Of a stretch of 64,000 bases of DNA, positions 58,646 through 64,000 are shown one piece after another. How positions within the stretch are numbered: the first letter of the stretch is position 1; each line of letters opens with the position of its first letter. A program made the translations under genes and the position numbers. The notes under the pieces are model-generated. The model ran no database searches. It saw nothing but the letters and a program-made list of their open reading frames with translations, and was not told the DNA's origin. The stretch comes from Euprymna scolopes (taxonomy: Eukaryota), in NCBI GenBank assembly GCA_053919585.1, contig CM132815.1; one strand, 5' to 3'.

Positions 58646-58782
58646 AGCAGCAGTCGAATAGCGTAACACTTAGAAGCGCGAACTGTCGTCTAGGCGGTTG
58701 AGTTTTAAACCTGGCATGAGGTAGTTGCTTGCCTAGCCGCACTGATGAGCTGTGATACAGTGACACAGTACTGTATGTGGAT

Positions 58783-58785
<3 letters not shown>
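58646..58785 (+). mobile_element. Short tRNA-head plus hammerhead element (family A), copy 2
   Basis: Colinear with 19412-19545; hammerhead CCGCA-CTGATGA-GCTGTGATACAGT-GACAC-AGTACT-GTA-TGTGG at 58737-58780; (TA)n tail. Confidence 0.78.
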
Positions 58786-58824
<39 letters not shown>

Positions 58825-59149
58825 GCGGCCAGACTATAAGGAACAGAAAGAGCGAAGACGTAAATTGTATTACTTAAAAAGTTTGAATTTAATTAAGAAA
58901 AAATAACTGCCTTCTTATCATGTCTCGTGTTTTTGTGCCAACCACTTGACGCTGTCCTCTCGCCTTCCGTCTTGTTATAATATTATCTAAAAGCTACTAA
59001 TTTATCAATATGCAAATTAATCCATATCAAACTACACACACTCGCATGGTCCATCTCGCAGAGACCCATACCCAGGGTTTCTAGACACAACTAGCACACT
59101 ACTCGGCTAGACATAACTAGCTCACACGACACGACGCTGCCAATTTGAA

Positions 59150-59316
59150 ACTCCATTTAAAAACGATGACTTTTTCATAAAATTCAACTGAATCGTATTT
59201 TAATCTCTCCATTTAACAACGCCGACTTTTTTCATAAAATTCAACCAATTCGTATTTCAATATCTCCATTTAACAACAACGACCTTTTTCATAGACTCCA
59301 ATTGAATCGTATTTTA
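59150..59316. repeat. Three tandem ~57-bp units (CTCCATTTAACAAC..GACTTTTTCATAAAATTCAA..AATCGTATTT)
   Basis: CTCCATTTAA at 59151, 59207 and 59265. Confidence 0.8.
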
Positions 59317-59559
59317 AATTTATTTTTTGCCGAAATAGCTTACCACTTTTCCTTCCTCTCGCCTTCGGTTCCTTGCAAAAGGAAATAGAAAAAAAAATAG
59401 CATCAATGTTGGGTGCATTTTTCCTCAGGAAGCTAATATCTTCAGGAAGCCTGATCTGGAAGCACCAGGAAATAATAAAGACTTCTATTTGGATGTTGAT
59501 TAAATAAAGGGTTCAAATTTCATATAAATACTAGAGTTCAACATGAATATTCCTGAGTT

Positions 59560-62500
59560 TGAAAAGAAATGCATTCGAAGTTGATCGGAAGTTACATCGG
59601 CCGAAATGTGAAAATAACAACTAAGATGAGAACAATAGTCAAGACAATCCAAATCCTCATCTAAAAAAAATTAATGTCAACATAGAATAAAATAACTAGT
59701 TAATGAGTAAAATAAGAACTTTTAACAAAAATATAAAGAAGCAGATAATATGTAGCTAAAGAAGGTTGGAGGATATATCGGCCACAACGTGAAAATAAGA
59801 TCTAAAATAGTAAAAATAATCCGGATAATGTAGATAATACAAATTTCATGATAAAAGAAAGCCGACCCCAAATTTACTCTCGGCAAATAAAATCCGATCC
59901 GTAAAAATCCGTACAATTGATGAACTTCAAAGTTAGTCTTCTGTGAAACAACGCACTTGTTAATAGATTCCCTGTGATATTACAGTCAGCACATCAGCTG
60001 TTGATCATTTAGATCATACAAAAATCATTTCATAATAAAAGAAATGCCAACCCAAAATTTACTCTCGGTAAATCTGTAGTCTTTTGTGAGACGGTGGCTC
60101 AAGCCTTATTCCCAGCGATACGAATTAGGAATAACATAATTAACATTTCTACTCGGTCATGGCTTACAAAACTAGAATTATCAAACATCGTGGATTAAAT
60201 AATATAGTTCACCAGAAAAAGATCGGAGATTACATCGGCCGAAATGTTAATAAAATAACTAGAATGAGAATATTAGTTTTAAAAAATCCATATTCCAATC
60301 GTTAAGATTTTTGTAAAGGATGTTCATTAGACAGGAAATGAGTGTCTCGTTCAAAGTTTAAGATTACTGATTTTCATGTACAGAGTGACACATTTGGTTA
60401 TTTTTTAAGGGGGAAAAGAAAGTCATTAAACCATGTAAGCGTCATGCATGTGCGTGTGTTCATCACATAAGAAAACATTAGTTCGAAATAGCATTGTTAA
60501 AAAGAAGAAATAATTCTCGTTCGTTGTGGTACTTTCTCAAGATGAGAATTAAGGTTCATTTACTTGACGGGCAAATCCAAGACAGAGAATTTTAACGCCT
60601 TCCAAGATGGAGTTACTTTAGCTCGTCTCGGGTAAAACAAGAGAAGAAACTGGAATAAAACTAAACTGAACTGATTTGATTTTCGTGGCCTTCTCGGCGA
60701 AGCTGTTTTACGTCTGAATAAACAGAGCCCGGCGTATGTCCTGAGGATGGGCAGCAGTGATGTTTATTCATAGAACTGCATCTTGGGCTGTTTTTATTTT
60801 GGCGGTTCAAACCTTATATGCAGGTGTTGTGGAACATTTCAGTCTGTTTGTTGCATCACTACGCGTAGAGTGCAACGTAGTTCCTATATAGCATGGGTGC
60901 GGATGGGCAAATTACGACGTTGTAATCCTACACGTTCTGATATACGTGGGCGCTGAAACCTTGATTGCTATGAAAATGTCTCTATGGAAAATTTGCTCCT
61001 GTCGTATATATCAGTTTTTTTTTTTTTTTTTTTTTTTTACAAGGTGTCACCACTTATCAAGGCCCAGAGGCCACTCGAGGATAAGGGTTAATAGGTATAC
61101 ATTAGTCATTGTGATTTTAGCATAGTAAACAGTGGGAATTTTGTAACTTGGATAACTTAGAGGGACGATTCAATTAGAACTTGTTCACATTGGACTTTTT
61201 CTTTTTTTTTTTTCATAGGTATCAACTCATTATCAAGGCCAAGAGGCCACTCAAGGATAAGGGTTAAAGAGTGTACAGTAGAAATTGGACAATATAATAA
61301 TCATTAGTAATGAAAATTTGTTAAATTTGATAACTTATATGGAACGGCTCATCAAGAACTTATTTACGTTAGACTTGAAGACAACCATATTGTAGTCAGC
61401 CGGAAAGCAGGAAAACGGAAGACAATTCCACAGGCGTGTAGTTCTTATAAAAAAGCTTTGTTCATGGAATCTACGTTTAGGTTTAGGCACAGATAAAGAG
61501 TGGGGGAATTATTGATAGTGTTTACAGCTAGACGAGTTGCTACAAGATAATATGTATCTGAAGATAGTTTGAAGTTATAGCGTCCGAAACGTGAAGATAA
61601 GATCCAAACTGGGAAAAATAATCCGGATAATCTAGATAATATAAAATTATTTCATAATAAAAGAAATGCTGACCCAAAATTTACTCTCGGCAAACAAAAT
61701 CCGATCCGTAAAATCTGTACAATTGTCTTCTGCGAAACGGCGCCCATGTTAATAGGTTCACTGTGACATTACAATCAGCACATCAGCTGTTGTTCATTAA
61801 GATAATATAAAAATCATTTCAGAATAAAAGGAATGCCAACCCAAAATTTACTTTTGGTAAATCTGTACAGTTGATAAATTTCAAAGTTAGTCTTCTGTGA
61901 GATGAACTAGCAATAAAATAATTAATATTTCTACTCCGCCGTGATCTAAGACTGTGGATTAAATAATATAGTTCAACATAAAAATTCCAGAGTACGAAAT
62001 AAATATACATAAAAAAGGCCGGAGATTACTTCGAGCGAAATGTTAATATAACAAGCCGATCAAGCGGACCCCCCCTCCACGAATGAAAAATAACAACCAA
62101 GATGAGAATACTAGTCCAAACAATCCAAATCCTCGTCTAAAAACAAATAATACCAGCAAAGAATAAAATACCTATTAAATGATTAAAATAAGAATTTTTA
62201 ACGAAAATATAAAGAACTAGATAATAGGTTAAGAGTGTTGAGTCGATGTTCACCATTTCATAATCAAGATTTATCAATTTTCAAGATCGATGTTGCAGGT
62301 GCGGAAATCTCTAGAAGTCGAAAGTAGTAGAGTATCCCCGGGACCGTTAAAGGTAAATTTAACGTAATTTCCGACTTGCAGAAGGTTTTCACCAGACCAC
62401 ATCCTCACCATATAAATTTTTTAAAAAATGTGAATAACTTCGGAAGCACAACGACACTTGACAGAGAACTCGAGATAAATGTATTGAAATGGAAAAACAT

Positions 62501-62720
62501 TTGTTTACGTGTTTAAGAAACATTAATTCAAATTGCTCCAACATTAAGGTTTTTGTAACGAGTGTTCATTGGGCAGGCTCAGTTAAATGAGTGTCTTGTG
62601 GAAAGGGCATGAAGTTTAAGATTTCTGATTTTCATGAACAGAGTGTTATTTTTTTATGGGGAAAAGAAAGCCATTAAACCATGTCAGCGTTATGCATGTA
62701 CGTGTGTTATCACATAAGAA
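59560..62720 (+). repeat. Local duplication: about 59560-60480 resembles 61550-62720; contains degenerate family-B tails
   Basis: Shared AATAATCCGGATAAT...CTCGGCAAA.AAAATCCGATCCGTAAAA, CAGCACATCAGCTGTTG and AAACCATGT.AGCGT.ATGCATGT blocks. Confidence 0.7.
61015..61535 (-). mobile_element. Two adjacent CR1/L2-group LINE 3' fragments (61015-61195 and 61196-61535)
   Basis: Each begins with poly(T) then ..TTATCAAGGCC..GAGGCCACTC..GGATAAGGGTTAA. Confidence 0.85.
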
Positions 62721-62861
62721 AACAGCCGAATATGCGGGGTTCCCCTCCACGAATGAAAAAATTTACTTTCACCATCACTAAAGTTTGTACAAAATTTCAA
62801 AAATAATCCAAGGTGTGGTTATTAAGGAAAGTACAACAAAACGAATGGACCAACGATTCAT

Positions 62862-64000
62862 TTTTTTTTTTTTTACATGGAGGTCATCACTTATCAAGGT
62901 CCAGGGGCCACTCGGGGATAAGGGTTATTGTGTGTACAGTAATCAATGGGAGAGTGTTGTAATAGTATTGGAGAATTGATAAAGTATCATTATTTAAGGG
63001 GGCGGTTCGTCAGGAATTTGTTTGTGTTGGACTTGAAAACGTCCAAGTTGAAATCGGGAGGGAAACAGGCAAGTGGAACAGAGTTCCACAGGCGTGCAGT
63101 TCTAAGAAAGAAACTTTGTTCATGGAATCTACATTTTGATTTAGGCACAGATAAGGAGGGGGGAATTATTGACAGTGGTTTCAGCTAGTCGGGTGTTTTT
63201 TTGAAAAAGATTGGCGGGGGGGCCAGAGAATGGAGCTCAGACGAGCACCTGCCACAGAAATAACGATAAAACAAAGATAGGCTCGCTATGTCTCTTCTGT
63301 GGGAAAGAGGTTGCAGGGAAGAGAAAAGGGCATCCCCCACTAAGCCACGAAGTCTATTTTGTACTCTGTCAAGGCAGGATAGGCTGTTTTTAGCAGCTCC
63401 TGCCCAGATGTGGCAGCAGTTCTCCATTCTTAGACGTACTTGGCTTTTATATAGATAGAGAATTGCATCATTAGTGAGATATCTTCTGGAGCGGTAGAAG
63501 GATCCCACCATTTTCCCAGAAACCTTGACCACAGACATCAAGTGTATGTGTTCCATTTCTAATCAGGAGTAAAGGTCAAACCCAGAAGCTTATCAAAACA
63601 TGGGGCCTCCCGTAGACGAGAGCCATCCATTTCAATTGATGCCAGATGGGGATCAGAGCGTTGATGATGTAAAGATAGGAGCTTGGTCTTAGATGCATTA
63701 AAGGTAACCAGCCACCTCTTTCCCCACTGTACCATGAGCTCGAGATCAGAGGAGAGAGAATCAGAGAGAACATCATCATTTACGGCCTCTGATGTGCTGC
63801 CATAGATAGTCGTGTCATCAGCATAGATGTCAACGAAAGAATTTAGTATGTGTTTTTGAAGATCATTGATGTAGATCAGGAAGAGAGTTGGGCCCAGTAT
63901 GGATCCCTGAGGGACTCCAGCATTAATACTGTGGGCCTCTGATTTCTGCCCATCAACCACTACTCTTATGAGCCTATCAGAGAGAAATGATTTAATGATC
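62862..64000 (-). mobile_element. CR1/L2-group LINE running off the window end
   Basis: ORFs 63559-63960 (GVPQGSILGP, YADDTT) and 63185-63556; family 3' end with poly(T) at about 62860-62875. Confidence 0.92.

Noticed and set aside
60900-60990. RTE-like peptide remnant (VVILHVLIYVGAETL)
   Set aside because: Too short and degenerate to call
62270-62412. Minus-strand peptide MVRMWSGENLLQVGNYVKFTF... as the missing upstream CUB exon
   Set aside because: No CGG/SP motifs, no suitable splice sites, and it ends in a stop

Overview
AT-rich, repeat-dense eukaryotic (most likely invertebrate animal) genomic DNA with four assembly gaps. The only host gene I can support is a minus-strand, cubilin-like multi-CUB-domain gene. 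Nine exons (58439 down to 14012) splice in frame with GT-AG boundaries into about 504 codons covering 4.5 tandem CUB domains, and the gene probably continues outside the window. The rest is intronic or flanking repeat DNA: two satellite arrays (31-32 bp and about 42 bp units), a full-length decayed Gypsy element with a 5-bp TSD inserted in the first satellite, a deleted Gypsy, Copia and BEL/Pao remnants, solo LTRs, many 5'-truncated CR1/L2-group LINE copies, an RTE tail, a mariner and a DD37D (maT-type) transposon, non-autonomous Helitrons, a MITE, a 5S-derived SINE-like element and Penelope-like (GIY-YIG) elements. The most interesting layer is RNA. There are at least six sequence families of type I hammerhead-ribozyme motifs, including two short-element families that fuse a tRNA-derived Pol III promoter head to a hammerhead (retrozyme/SINE hybrids, possibly mobilised by the neighbouring Penelope elements). 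Other oddities are a 131-aa low-complexity insertion between the GIY and YIG motifs of a Penelope endonuclease, duplicated splice sites in the CUB gene, a fold-back hairpin at a LINE 5' junction, and two short ORF starts that share a 23-bp motif. All calls were made by eye; no database searches were run.
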